Positions 38,901 through 51,919 of a stretch of 64,000 nucleotides of DNA are shown here, in pieces. The stretch comes from the human T2T-CHM13v2.0 reference genome, Homo sapiens, in assembly GCF_009914755.1 (NCBI RefSeq), contig NC_060934.1; one strand, 5' to 3'. The position numbers were made by a program, and so were the translations under genes. Positions within the stretch are counted from its first letter, which is position 1. Each line of letters begins with the position of its first letter. Under the pieces are notes generated by a model. It made no database searches. It was not told the origin of the DNA and saw only the letters and a list, made by a program, of their open reading frames with translations.

Positions 38901-41469
38901 TCTACGTACAAAGGGTACATATATCTATGTACCAAACTGTACAAATCACTAGCTATCCTGGAATATTCATATCTAAAGTTTAAGTCAAGTAGCCCAGCTG
39001 TGGCTAAAATGAGTTGAGATTTTAAAGTATACACTTGGAGACTAGTAAATCACACTGCCTACTAAAATAAAAGAAAAATTAATAGTCATCAGAGGATAAG
39101 AGCAGATCTAACAGTTTCTATAATGCATTATTAATACCTAGGATATAATGCAATATTTCTGGACAATTTTTTAGTAACTAAAATTGTTAGCCTTAAGGAC
39201 AAACAGTAAAATATTGTGCATTCTCAACCAATTGATAAAGGTGAATCCAAAAATTACCCAATTATTTTTTTAAGTAAATACCTAAAAGCTTTTTTTCTGG
39301 TCGGTTACATTAGAAATTCTAGGTGATAGTTTAACTACCAGTATTTTCTCTTTTTAAATGTGATATAAAATGATGATATGTCATTTGATCAAGGGCATCA
39401 CTGAGTCAACAAAATATGCACATTTGGAAACCATTGTCCCATTAACAGTTACTAGGAACGTTACTATGTAGTTATAAAGTGCCCACCAAACAAATCCAGA
39501 TAATATAAATGAGAATCCCATCACAAATTATTATTTCTAAGATATTTGCATTTGGGAAAAGTCGCTTAATCTACTCATGTAATCGTTCCCTTTCCCATGA
39601 AAAAAGATGAACTTTCCCCAAGATACAGCTGTAAGATATCATACATTTATACATTGTTTTAAAGGACAAAAAATACACTAAAAATGCTTTTCAGAATCAG
39701 GTAATAAGATGCTAGGTTTTAAAACAGATATTTTATAATTTTCTCCCTATTATTTCAATTGTATTGCGTCTAATAATTAAACAAAAAATCAAAATAAAAT
39801 GATGAAACATTCAAACTCACTAAATCTAAAGCATAGGTGTTAGTGTCGAAATAAATATCCCTACTCAGTCAAATCTTAGCAAGGAAAAATGATCTCCGGC
39901 TCTAGAAGGTGATACCTAAAACATTGTTAATGCTATATGTAAATGACAAAGAAACACCTTTTAAAATGATGTGAATTAAATGTGGATATTCCGCTAAACT
40001 TTTGTAACTCAACATAGTGCTGACAAATTAATTTTCCCTCATTCATTGGGAAATTGTGTGACAACCAGGCACTTTGTTTCTTAATAACCATTGCATCAGC
40101 AATCTCTAATTGTATATAGAACTACTGAAAATATCCAAATGAATTATAAAACACCTTTTTCAGTACCTTGTTTCTCTTCTCTTCATTTCTGTTGTTTGAC
40201 ATCATAACACCTCAAAATAAAATGAACTAAAGAGAGTATTTTGCTCATTTGGTGAAAGAAACTGAAGTATTCATTTCCAACTAAAGCAGCCTGAGTACGA
40301 AGAGACAGGTTCAGTGGATAATTTAAAGCAAGATTAACCAGGAAAAAAAAAAAAAGGCATAATGACACCTGATTTGTGTTACTCCTTCCTGATTCATCCT
40401 TTACAGTTAAGCATCAATTTCATATATAGACAGAAAACTACTTTTAAAAAACAAAATTCCTAACCAAAGCCAGAGGAATGGCAAGAAAACGTTCTGGCCC
40501 TATTCCACTCTATGGCAAAAGTCTAACTTTTTACAGCTGCCATCAAAAAATTTTATATCCTAGGGAGATTTTATCATAATGTGTTGCATTTCGGTTATCT
40601 CAGGGGAACAAAGATTATGGCTCGCTTTTATGCTTATTGACAGCTACTCTACTTGATTTTAGTTTTAGTGATATCTTAGCTCCTATTATTTGCTTTTATA
40701 AGGTCCACAGGATCCTAAATGTTTAAGCATTTTATATTTTTAAAGAAAAAGTCAAGAAGAAGCAAACTATATATCAGTAAGGGAAAACAAGACATAAATT
40801 TAGCACAGGAGTTAAGAAAAAAGAGAAAATGGTCAGTTTGACTAGCAGCTTCTTTTAATTAGATCTTCCCACCATGGCATCATTACTATTTGATCTGTAG
40901 GAACTGTAGATTCCATTACTAGCATATTCCTTAATATATTTAAGTCAGGATATTTTAAAGTCAAATATATTTTTCCTTTGTTTTTTATTGAACTCATATA
41001 TAACATATAAAGCATAAATTAAACCAAAAAGAGAGTATCAGAATATTAATTTTCAAGATAAATGAGTTATCTCTATAATTTTTCACTCTATAAAACCAGA
41101 CTGTACTAGATTGTTAAATAGAAATAAATAGAACCATCAATTGATTCTGCTTCAAGAATGAAGTGAAATTCATTAACCATTTCACTCTAATTCCTTCTGA
41201 TATGTAGCTTGAAATTTAGCAAAAGATAAGATGAAAGGGACAATAAGATGTTATTAAGAGCAAGAATGTCCCTCTTAAAACTAGCATCTTTTCCCTATTG
41301 GTGGGGAGCAAAGAAGTCTGTGACTGAAGAGGTTAGGAGCTGTCTTCCCCTCCTGCTCTGTTTCCCCTTTTCCTCTCCCCTTCACTCCCTCCCCTCTCTT
41401 TCCTTAAGGTTTCTCTGAGCCACAGGAAGCAGCATCCAGACTCCTTCACACTCCTTATTCTGGCATTAT

Positions 41470-41657
41470 TATGTGTATTTCACAGAGGGTGGTCACAGAT
41501 TTTCATCTCCATCAACCTAGGAGGAAAACACTACTTTTCCCACCTTTACAGGTAAGCAAACTAAGGTGGAGAGTTATTAAGCCATAGGCAATAGGTCACG
41601 CGGTTGTCAGGTGACGGAGTGGAACTTCAGCTCAGATGGTGGCTCTGGTGTCCAGAC
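41470..41657 (-). mobile_element. MIR relic
   Basis: CCCACCTTTACAGGTAAGCAAACTAAGG...AGGTCACGCGGTTGTCAGGTGACGGAGTGGAACTTCAGCTCAG matches the antisense MIR core. Confidence 0.7.
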
Positions 41658-41766
41658 TTTTTTTTTTTTTTTAAGATATGGAGTTGCCTAGTCTCAAATT
41701 TGGCTTAAGAAATCCTGCCACTTGGCCTCCCAAGTAGCTGGCACTACAGACACGCAGTTCCTGGCT
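41658..41766 (-). mobile_element. FLAM/Alu monomer
   Basis: Poly-T, then ...AATCCTGCCACTTGGCCTCCCAAGTAGCTGGCACTACAG...CCTGGCT. Confidence 0.75.
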
Positions 41767-42486
41767 AAGACTCCAAAACCTACGGTGAGTCTCTCCCAGT
41801 GGCTTTGTGCTCGTCAGGCTGTACAGCTATCACAGAAGATGGGGGTGGGGGTGCTGGTCGCCCCTGGTTTAGAAAACCCTCACTTGAGCAGGACTGTTTC
41901 TAAATGTCAGGTAGAAGCCAGAGTCTGAGAGGAGCGTCTCAGGAGGACCCCCAAGTCAAGAAGAAGAGAAAAGAAAAAGAGAGAAGTCTCAAAAACTTGG
42001 GGCAATGAGAAGATTTGGGGATTGATCTCGGAGAAGAGCTGCTGGAATTGAGAGACATGTTACTGTTTCCATTTAGAAGGAGATATTGAGTCTTGACAGT
42101 GTTCAAACAATTTAGTGAAAACAAGGAAGAAAGTGTCTTGCAAAAGTATAGTCTGTGTATCTTTTCCTTCTCCTGACCTTGTCAGTTTCACTCACTGGTC
42201 CTCACTGGTAGTTAGAGTGGCTTGAGCACCACCTGGGCTGCAGTTAGAATTCACCTTGCAGGAGGCTGGCAAATGTTTTTGTGGATGGAAACTGAGAAAA
42301 AACTCATCAGTCTTCATTTCTGATACGAAACTGCTGTTTTAACATTGTTTTTAAAACAAAAGAGATGTGGAAAGAAAACAAAAACTGCAATGTTTGTAAA
42401 ATTGTTTTTAATTCTCAAATGAAGTCTTAGAAACTTCAATGAGTGCAATTCTCATTCATTGTCAGCATTGTTAGTATGGATTCAAA

Positions 42487-42995
42487 GTGTATGTATGTGT
42501 GCATGTATGCATTCATCTGTCTATAATCTATCCATCCATCTGCTTATTCAACCATTCATCCATCTGTCCATCTGTCAGTGATCTATCATCTCTTTATCCA
42601 TCCACCCATCTGTCATCCTTTCATCTGTCCATACGTCTACCTCTCATTTATCTATCATCTACATATATATCCATCCATTCAGCCATGCATCTGTTCATCT
42701 ATGTATCTGGCTGTCTGTCCATCATCCGTCTGCTCATCTATGAATCTGTTCATCTATCATCTATCTGTCTATCTGTTTCTGTTCATCCATCCATGTATCC
42801 ATGTATCCATCTATCCATCCATTCATCTATCCATCCATCCATTCAACCATCCATCCATGCATCTGCTCATCTGTCTATCTGTCTGTTCCCCATGTCTATC
42901 CAGCCACTCAACCATCTATCCATGCATATGTTCATCTATTTATCTATCTGCTCTCTATCCCTCCATCCATCTATTCATCTATCTTTCCATCTCTC
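42487..42995. repeat. Degenerate (TCCA)n/(TCTA)n/(TCTG)n tetranucleotide array, about 500 bp
   Basis: Direct reading. Explains ORFs 42487-43040. Confidence 0.92.
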
Positions 42996-43513
42996 AAATT
43001 CTCTTTTAAACCTATGTTAACCTTATTCATCCCTTATTAATTAGGGATTTGAACAAAACTTTTGAAATGTGTTCATTGTTTGTTTGCATGAGAGCAATGA
43101 GTTTATCTTTTAGAAAATTATACTTTACCAGGGAGGAATTCATGTGTCCCATGTCCCCTTCTGTCCTCATTCACCTCTGCAAAGGTGAGGGTGACTCTCA
43201 CCCACCCCATTTTTGTGCTTGGTTCATAAACTCAAACCTTCCTGTTGCAGCCGCTGGATTTCTACTGGGTTTCAGACATTCTCACTTGCCACAGTTGGCC
43301 ATTCTTCCTAAGCTACACAGGGATGGGAGGATTTCTGTGGGCCCAAACCCCAGTGCAGTCTTCCAGACGTTCTGGATATTCATCCATCCTCTACTTCCCA
43401 GGAGGCAGGAATGAGTCTGGGTTTTTCTAATCTGCTTTCCCTTAAGCTAAAGCTAAGACAAGAGGCAAGAGGAGTCTCTATTCACTGACCTTGAAACTGC
43501 CAGGCCTTTCTAC

Positions 43514-43563
43514 AGGTTGGTGCAAAAGTAATTGTGGAACTGCAGTTACTTTTGCGCCAATCT
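43514..43563. mobile_element. MADE1 (Hsmar1 MITE) with central deletion
   Basis: AGGTTGGTGCAAAAGTAATTGTGG...CTGCAGTTACTTTTGCGCCAATCT gives both Hsmar1 terminal inverted repeats. Confidence 0.88.
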
Positions 43564-44199
43564 TCCCTACCACCCTCTCCCACATGGCTTCACCCCAAGG
43601 TGCTGTGATGCTGGAGCCCTTCTCAGATGCTCAGACATCACCTGAATTCACGTTGCACTCCTGCGTCTCCCTCCTGCCTGTTGTTGGACTCCTCATGCTT
43701 TGGGAGGGGACACACCTTCCTTCTTCCTGGAGTGTCCTCAGCTCAGTGGAGGATAGCTACATCTACACTCAGCATTCTCCCTGGGTATTACTATTCATAT
43801 TCTTAGCTAAGCTACTTTAAAATTGAAGACATAAAATTCCTTCTCAACAAAGACCAGCCCTAGAAACTGAAAGCGCTTTGACTTACAAATGATTGTTCAG
43901 CGTTAGTATTTTTAAATGTCTAATTAGAGCTCAAAAATCAAGAGGTTAATATTTATTAGGTTCCTCTGTGTTCTCTTTAAGGCAATGAAGTTTACCTTTC
44001 TACTGTAGATGGAAGATAGAAGAGGATGCAGGATTTAAAATATATTTAAAAATAAACATATGTACGGTGTGTTTCCAAAACACTATCCCACAAAAATGCA
44101 CAAGGAGGGAAACGTCCCGTGCTCCCACACCTGCTTCTGTGCCCACCACCTCACTCACTTGTACTAAAAGGGGTAGAAACTCCCTTCTTCTCTAAGATT

Positions 44200-45130
44200 A
44201 CGAGGTAGTGTCCTAGATCCAGCCACTTTCCTCCAGCCTTCAAGGACTTTGTTCTGAGTGATTCCATTTCCTGTACTGTTCTTCTCTTTGTTAAATCAGT
44301 TCTATTCGTACGCACATGCTTGAAAATATCTCTTTCCAAAACTTCAAAAACACAGAAGTACACACATCACTGCAATCTCTCCTCTCCTCTCAGACACCAG
44401 CAGTTCTATTTTTCTAGGCAGATACGCTAAGAGCCTTCACCTTGTCCCCTTCTTTCCCTAGCCTTCCGGATATTCAGTGTATCAGGACATCTCATGGGAT
44501 CACTTCTCACTTCTTCTTGTGCCACTTCCTTGCTCCAAGCCACCATCATGAACCCAGCAGTCCATGCCTTGCTTTCTCCGCTAACCAGCTGGCCTCCCGC
44601 CGGCTGCTTTTGCTCCCTGCTGGAGTCTGCTCTCAAAGCCGCAGTCAGAAGAATCCTATAAAACCCTAGGCTTGATCCTGTCTGCACAGACTTCCCGATG
44701 GGCTTCCATCCCACTCAAAGTACAGGCCAACTCCCCCCACCAGGACCCACAACACCCACAGGTATCTGAGCCCCATCTCCTCTATGCAATCATCCACTAC
44801 TGCTCCGGTCTCTGTTCTCAGCACTCAGACACGATTTCCCTCTTGTTGCCCCTCACTTTTGCCTCCTGTGCGCTGCACCAGTGAAAAGTTAAGGCATTCC
44901 ACGAGGCCATAGTTAAGCCTTTCCACCAGGCCATAGCCGAGCTGACTCCTTTGGCGACTGCTGTCTGAACTCTAAAGTTGCCTTACTTACCTGCCACCCT
45001 ATGGAACATGCCAACCTCCATCGCCCAGCATTCAGGTTCGGGCGTTTTCCCTGCCTGAGCCCTCATCCCTGTCACTTCCCGCTGCCTCACCCACCATCCT
45101 TTTCATGGGTTTCCCTTCCTTACCATCTAC
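44200..45130 (+). mobile_element. L2 fragment
   Basis: Pyrimidine/C-rich, with TCCAAGCCACCATCAT, GCAGTCAGAAGAATCCTATAAAAC and ATGGGCTTCCATCCCACTCAAAGTA. Confidence 0.7.
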
Positions 45131-46550
45131 CTCTTCAGACAATGCAAGCGTAATGTGTTCAGGGAAAGCATATTTCAATCTCCTGAATTTAGAATATTTT
45201 AGAACAAGGTCCCATATTCACTGAAATAATGTTTGCATTATTGATCATTTTAATAAAGATAAAAGTCTTATTTAAATGAATAAATAAGCTTCACTATAGC
45301 ACTATAAAGTCAATCAAAAATAATGCTAGTTTGTCTTCTCCGTGAAAGACATCTCTTCAATGAGATGTTAAATGGAAAATACATTCTTGACTCACATTTT
45401 AGATATGCATGCCATATATTATATGCTATTTGTTAATATTTATTCTTAAGTCCACATCTTCTGCAAATGAATTCTTTAGATTTTATTGCAATTGAAACAT
45501 GTTTAAGTATATGTTTATATTTGTGCATTTAATTTACCATGTAGCTGTAATATGAAGATGAGAAAAACCAACTCTTGAAAAAATCTCGTTTTGAGGTCAC
45601 ATAACTACCCAAGACAACAATATTCAGGTTTTAAACAATTAAAGGGATTTATCCCAATGACTGACAATGCAGCTTCAAGCTAACACTTAAGGAGCATGAC
45701 AGCAGCTGTGAAATCCCGGAATTTCTCCCTTCTCCTCTATGACACCTTGATAAGGCAATTATAGCATAATTACCTTAACAAGTGGCATTACAGGAAATTA
45801 TTGTCATTCTCCTGTTAAAATAACACATAATCATCGGCAAGTGAATTCTAGAATCCCCAATCAGCATCTCATTACCTGCCGTTGGCTCTGAAATAAGCAC
45901 AATTGTTGGGCAAAATCTCACAAGGTATTTGAAGGGAAAAAATATGAAAGAGGACAGTTTAAAAAATTGACAGGAATACAACCATCTTAACCCCCAATGA
46001 TCAAATTTGCAGTTAGTCATCAACATTTACTTGTAGTTAGAAACCTCTGCAAACCTGACATCATCTTTGTTTTCCATAAATTTGTTTACTTCCCTTTCCT
46101 GCCATCTTGATTTTTTCCAAGACAGTGACATTCTTCTATGAAGCAGCAAATTATGAAGCTATATCCTATAAATGACAACATTCTCAATCGCATGTCACTC
46201 CAGTAAAAACATTTATTTAAGCCATTCACTTCTTGATACAATAATTTACTTCCAAGTGCAGTTCAGTTTTAACAATAGCAGACATTATTTTAAAATAAAT
46301 CTGTATAAACCGTTTCTTGTCCCTTAAGGCCTAACTTTTCACCCAAGATCTTAAAGCAGTGTGATTGAAAGAAAGGCACAAAGCGCCATCGTAAGAAGAT
46401 TCAAAGTTTCTTTAAGGTCAACAAATATGGGACTTTATGAGGATGGCCGCACACAGCAGCAGACACCCACCATGCTCTTGGAGGGGAGGGTTAGCTGCTT
46501 GGGTCCCCCAAGTCTCCCAAGAAGAACAGTCTTTTTGACAATATTAGGGG

Positions 46551-47300
46551 TTTTTAAAATTTTTTATTTTCATTGGCTTTTGGGGAACAGGTGGTGTTTG
46601 GTTACATGCGTAAATTCTTTAGTGAAGATTTGTAAAATTTTGGTGTACTCATCTCCTGAGCAGTATAGACTGAATCCAATTTGTAGTCATTTATCCCTCA
46701 CCCCCTTCCCACCCTTTCCCCCTGAGTCCCCAAAGTCCATTGTGTCATTCTTATGCCTTTGCATCCTTACAGCTTAGCTCCCACTTATGAGTGAGAACAT
46801 GCAATGTTTGGTTTTCCATTCCTGAGTTACTTCACCTAGAATAGTAGTCTCCAATCTTATCTAGGTTGCTGCAAATGCCATTAATTCATTCCTTTTTATG
46901 GCTGAGTAGTATTCCATCATATATATCACCGTTTCTTTATCCACTCGTTGATCGATGGGCATTTGGGCTGGTTCCACATTTTTGCATTTTTGCAACTGCG
47001 AATCATGCAGCCATAAACATGCATATGCCGGTATCTTTTTTGTATAATGACTTCTTTTCCTCTGAGTAGATACCCAGGAGTGAGATTGCTGGATCAAATG
47101 GTAGTTCCACTTTTAGTTCTTTAAGAAATCTCCACACTGTTTTCCATAGTGGTTGTATGAGTTTACATTCCCACCAGCAGTGTAGAAGTGTGCCCTCTTC
47201 ACCACATCCACACCAACATCTATTACTGTTTGATTTTTTTATTATGGCCATTCTTGCAGGAGTAAGGTGGTATCACATTGTGGTTTTAATGTGCTTTTCT
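46551..47300 (-). mobile_element. L1PB1-like 3' end, 5'-truncated
   Basis: TTTTGGGGAACAGGTGGTGTTTGGTTACATG...GAGTCCCCAAAGTCCATTG...TAGCTCCCACTTATGAGTGAGAACAT. Minus-strand peptide ...[26 protein letters not shown] matches the L1 ORF2 C-terminus. Confidence 0.92.
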
Positions 47301-48803
47301 CAATAGCATGGTTTTTCACATACTGCTGGCCGCCCTCTCGTCTGGCTGTCCAGATGACTTTGATGGCAGACTTGCCAGGAGGTAACAGGAAAATGCCCAG
47401 CACAGTAACCCCAACAGGCCCCTGAGCATTTACCACAGGACGACATAAAGTGAAGGTTTGCCTTTCCTCCGTATTTCACAGTCTATGCCTGAAACCTGCC
47501 TGAGTTTAACTTTTCCAAAGAAAGTGAACAAAATAATTACTTGAACCTCTTACTCCATGTGATGAGAAAAATAAATAAATGCCACAAAATACAGGGAAAA
47601 AAGACGCTCAACCATAATAAGTCATTCTCTTCACTGTCTGTTAGTTTCTTCCAGGTCAGCTATGATTTTTTTTAAAATGATAAGAATAAAAGAAGTAATT
47701 TTTAAGATCATATTTTAAATAAGCCTCCTCCCCTTCTTTTAACAGAGATTTCACGTTGACCTCATTCATTTAAATGAGCAAAGCATTTGAGAGCTTGGCG
47801 GCTATGCCAAAGAGGCTGTTTGCGGCCACCATGGTAAAGAAGAGAAGGTGCATTTCTATGAGTTACCACCATAAGTAATAAGAACAGGAAATGATGGTAG
47901 AATGCTTGGCTTGGTGAACTGACATAGCAGTTTCTAAAAAGCCACATGATACAGAGAAATTATGGTACCCAGCCTGAAGACCTTGACCAAGGAGATGGAT
48001 GGATGCCACGTCTCATTCTTTCTGGTATTTCTAAAACACAGTTCTGTTGATGCTGTTTTAGTATTTCATAGGTGGAAATAATTAAATGAAATTTCAACAG
48101 ACACAAAAGGAGACAAATACACTCCCTAAACCTATGTCCCATTTATACAAACATCATTGCTAAGATCAGAAGGTCTAGATTAAAGAACTCAAATTTACTT
48201 AATGAGTGAAGAGCATCAAGCCAGTCTGGGACACCTAGGAACCCAGCTGCCATGGTGCTACTGTTCAGAACTTTTTAAAGTTGCGCTGCCTCTGGATAGA
48301 GTCTTGGCTGCCATCTCCCAGCTGGTGGACTAGTTCAGCCAGATGGATGAGGTCACATGTCCAAAAAGCAATGAGCTAGGTCAAAAAGTTTGCTCTATAG
48401 ACATGGCCCATAAAATTAACTATAGGAACATGATTAAAAATCACAGCAATACAATGCAGTTGACAAGATTCATTCAGCACAAGTGTTAGACTGTGAAATA
48501 AATCAATTATTTCCTCTGACTTTTGTTTATAATGAGTACACTTCTGGGAGAATATTCTTTTCACTTTATTCACTTGCACCAAAAATTAGAGTGAACAGAT
48601 ATTTGGTACTAGTTAGTAGAGTCAGGAGTACTGTCTGTACATTTGAAATGTGATTTCTAGAGAAATCACTGCCCTTTCTTTTTTTTGTGATTGCCTTTTT
48701 TTTTCTTTTCTGATTTCATGTTTATCTTGTTGCATCATCACGTTCTGCAATCCAGTATCTCTCTCCATCTATCTCTTCTTTATCTATTCATCCACTAAAC
48801 ATC

Positions 48804-49209
48804 TGACATAGTTTGGATATTTGTCCCTATCAAAATCTCATGCTGAGTTGTAATCCCCAGTGCTGGAAGTGGGGCCTGGTGGAGGGTGTTTGGGTCATGA
48901 GGGAGTTTCCGTCATGGCGTGGCACTATCCTTGCAATAGTGAGTGAGTTCTCTCAAGATCTGGTTGTTTAAAAGTGTGTGGTGCCTCTCCCCTACCTCCC
49001 ATGGTCCTTCTCTGTCCATGTGACCCACCTGTTCCCCCTTCACCTTCTGCCATGATTGGAAGCTTTCTGGGGCCTCCCAAAGCCCAGCAGATGCCAAATG
49101 CCACACTTCCTGTAAAGCCTGCAGAACAGTGAGCCACTTAAAACTATTTCCTGTATAAATTACCTAGTCTCTGGCATTTATTTATAGCAGTGCAAGATGG
49201 CCTCATACG
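48804..49209 (+). mobile_element. MSTA-like solo LTR
   Basis: TGACATAGTTTGGATATTTGTCCC...GTGAGTGAGTTCTCTCAAGATCTGGTTGTTTAAAAGTGTGTGG...GCCTGCAGAACAGTGAGCC. Confidence 0.9.
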
Positions 49210-49479
49210 TCCATCATTTTTGTTAAGTTCCTACCTTAACTGAAGCATTCTTGGTAGTAAGGAGGACAAAGGCAACTTTGTAGGACGTGAGTACGAATAA
49301 ATACAACAAAGGCATTAAGTTAAAAGGACAAACTATGTTTTGAAAATGATAGTAAACAAACATTTTAGAATTTTACTTTCTGAGCAATAGTACTTTTATT
49401 TTTATTTTTTTCTCTGTGGTTACACTCATTTCTCCTTTATTCACTAAGTTTTAACAGAAATGGAAAAACAAAGAATTCA

Positions 49480-50065
49480 AAAGATATGTAAGTTAGAGTG
49501 GATGCAGCTTAGAGCATCATTAGCTTTGGGTAAGTTCTGATTTAGAAAATAGGCGAATAGTGGTTTCTTTTAAAAGTATGAGAAAACACAAGCACAGAGC
49601 AAGTTGTATGGAGAAGACATGTTGTATTGTGGAAGTCGCTTAATCTAAAGAGACTGTGGGACACTCAAGAACATAGATCAAGCCTACTGTATAAGTGTCT
49701 TAGGCTCCCTGGAGAGCTTTGGGCTGAAGATGCTAATTTGGAAATAATATTTACAGAAACAGCAAGTGAAGTTACAGGCATGGAAAGGGTTTCTGGGAAG
49801 AATGGGAAGAGAAGACGACCAAGGGTAGACTTAGTCAACAATGTTTAAAGAGTAAGAACAGGCAGAGAATTCCACAAGTGCCACACTTAGGTCAGTAACA
49901 ACTAGCATGAAAGGGTATGTGTTGCGTTTAGCAACCAGAACATGGGGATGATAACAACGTGAGCCTGGGATTATGGCCTTGAAAGAAGAAATGTGGAGTG
50001 AGAGTGGGATTTAGGGAGTGAGAGACACACTAGGTAACATGTGGATCTGAATGTCTTGCTCTGAA
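49480..50065 (-). mobile_element. L2 (L2c-like) fragment
   Basis: GGAGAGCTTTGGGCTGAAGATGCTAATTTGGAA, AACAATGTTTAAAGAGTAAG, TTTAGCAACCAGAA. Diverged. Confidence 0.55.
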
Positions 50066-51167
50066 ATGCTTCTTTAAAAACACAATTCCTCTGGTTGAAA
50101 AAGTATCTACACTCATTACAAATTGTTATGGGAAGCACAGAAGGGAAAAAGAAAACAAAAATTATTATCGCAAGTGTATTTCCTGCATATAATTGAAACT
50201 TAGTATTAGCGGGATAAATAAATGTTCTGTTTCACAAAATAAGACCATCATCTGCTAATATTTTTGGAGCCTTCTTCAACCATTTAGCAATGTTACATAA
50301 TGGTTTTCCATGTTATGAAGTATTCATTTGTTTCCTCATTTTGCTTCTTTAGTGCTCTGAGGCTCTTGTGGGGAGGAACAGGGCGGAAGAAAACTCACTT
50401 ATTTACTTTGCATGTTAGATTGAATATTAGAATAACTTTGGAGAAAAAAAAGCTTTGCTGCTGAAATTTAGAACTATTGTTCAGAAGTATTTTGATAGCT
50501 GATATCATATCCTCTTTTATGGGACTATTTGATACATTCACACTTTTTCAAAAGTCCTGCTTTTTTTTCTAACTATGCATTTTTATTTTATAAATAACAC
50601 TTCGTGGAGCATGCTTGCAAACATAATCTTGAATATACTGCAGAATTTGGTTAGTTTTTACCTTACTTAGTGATTTCTTATCTATTTGTGTAATTAAATC
50701 GTGCTGTATTTTTCTGTGTAATATTTTGAGAGATTCTAACATCAGTATTAACCCAGTTGCACAAAACAATTTGAAATCCATACTTTTATCAATCATCAGT
50801 TGCAGTTTGTATCCTATTAAAAGTACAATTCCTTAGAAAAATTGGAAAATATAATTTGTTTTATTAACACAAAAAGTAATTCAAGTACAAAGCCATAAAT
50901 AGAAGTAATTATTGAAATTTTAAAAATTAGTCCATGGTTTATAATTTTTCAGATCTATTACATTTTGAGATAAGTTCACCATTTGTAGGTTTCCTATAAA
51001 GAAGCATACATTTTACAGAAATTTGCTTATGGGCATCGAGTAAGACAGTTTATTCTTGTAAATATCGTCTTTTGATATTGTCTTTCTTTCCCAGTTTATG
51101 AACAAATTTATGGACAATATGAAAAAATTCAACTCAGTTGATCGATGTCATGTGTCCTGATTGTTGA

Positions 51168-51410
51168 GAGAGGTAGTATGTTGTATTGCTTATGATCACA
51201 GACTCAAAAACTACACTCCTTGGGTCCAAGGACAGGCTACATCTCCTTGGTCAAGTTCTCTAAACTCCTCAAGCCTCAGTTTCCTCACCTGTAACATGGG
51301 AATAAAAGCAACGTGAGGCTGGGACTGTGGTGAGAACTAAACATGTTAATGCCCTCAGGTTGCTTAGAGCGGTGCCTGGCACATGTGCAGCTTCTGATAA
51401 ATGTGAATCT
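51168..51410 (+). mobile_element. MIR
   Basis: CCTTGGTCAAGTT...AAGCCTCAGTTTCCTCACCTGTAACATGGGAATAA...GCTTAGAGCGGTGCCTGGCACAT. Confidence 0.85.
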
Positions 51411-51629
51411 TCATTGCTATCAAAATGGCATTGACGAATTTGAGGTCAATATGCTTTCTTTGCCAAATGTGGGCATGAATATCTCATCTACTTTGTATAC
51501 ACATGCAAGCATGGACTTCTTTCAAAACGGAGTTTTTGGAAGGCAACTAAAAAAATTGCAAAAGATAATTTTAAAATAATAGCAATGAATAATGTGAACT
51601 CTTGAATGACTCCACTGAAAGTTGTACCC

Positions 51630-51919
51630 AAATTTGTATGTATGCATCATTTCAGACTTACTTCATATTTACCTGATTAAATTTGTATGTATGCATCGTT
51701 TCATACTTACTTCATATTTATCTGATTAAATTTGTATGTATGCATCGTTTCATACTTACCTCATATTTACCTGATTAAATTTGTATGTATACATCGTTTC
51801 ATACTTCATATTTATGTGATTAAATTTGTATGCATGCATCGTTTCATACTTACCTCATATTTACCTGATTAAATTTGTATGTATGCATTATTTTCTACTT
51901 ACTTCATATTTATCTGATT
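51630..51919. repeat. Minisatellite, 6 x 49 bp (unit 4 is 45 bp)
   Basis: Units start at 51630, 51679, 51728, 51777, 51822 and 51871. Consensus AAATTTGTATGTATGCATCGTTTCATACTTACYTCATATTTAYCTGATT. Confidence 0.97.

Noticed and set aside
42487-43040. 177-aa and 143-aa His/Ser/Ile-rich ORFs
   Set aside because: Translation of a TCCA/TCTA simple repeat.
46861-47251. ORFs with clear protein similarity
   Set aside because: The similarity is to the L1 ORF2 C-terminus within a truncated L1PB copy.
51752-51855. U1 snRNA pseudogene
   Set aside because: Only the first 10 nt match. The rest of U1 is absent.
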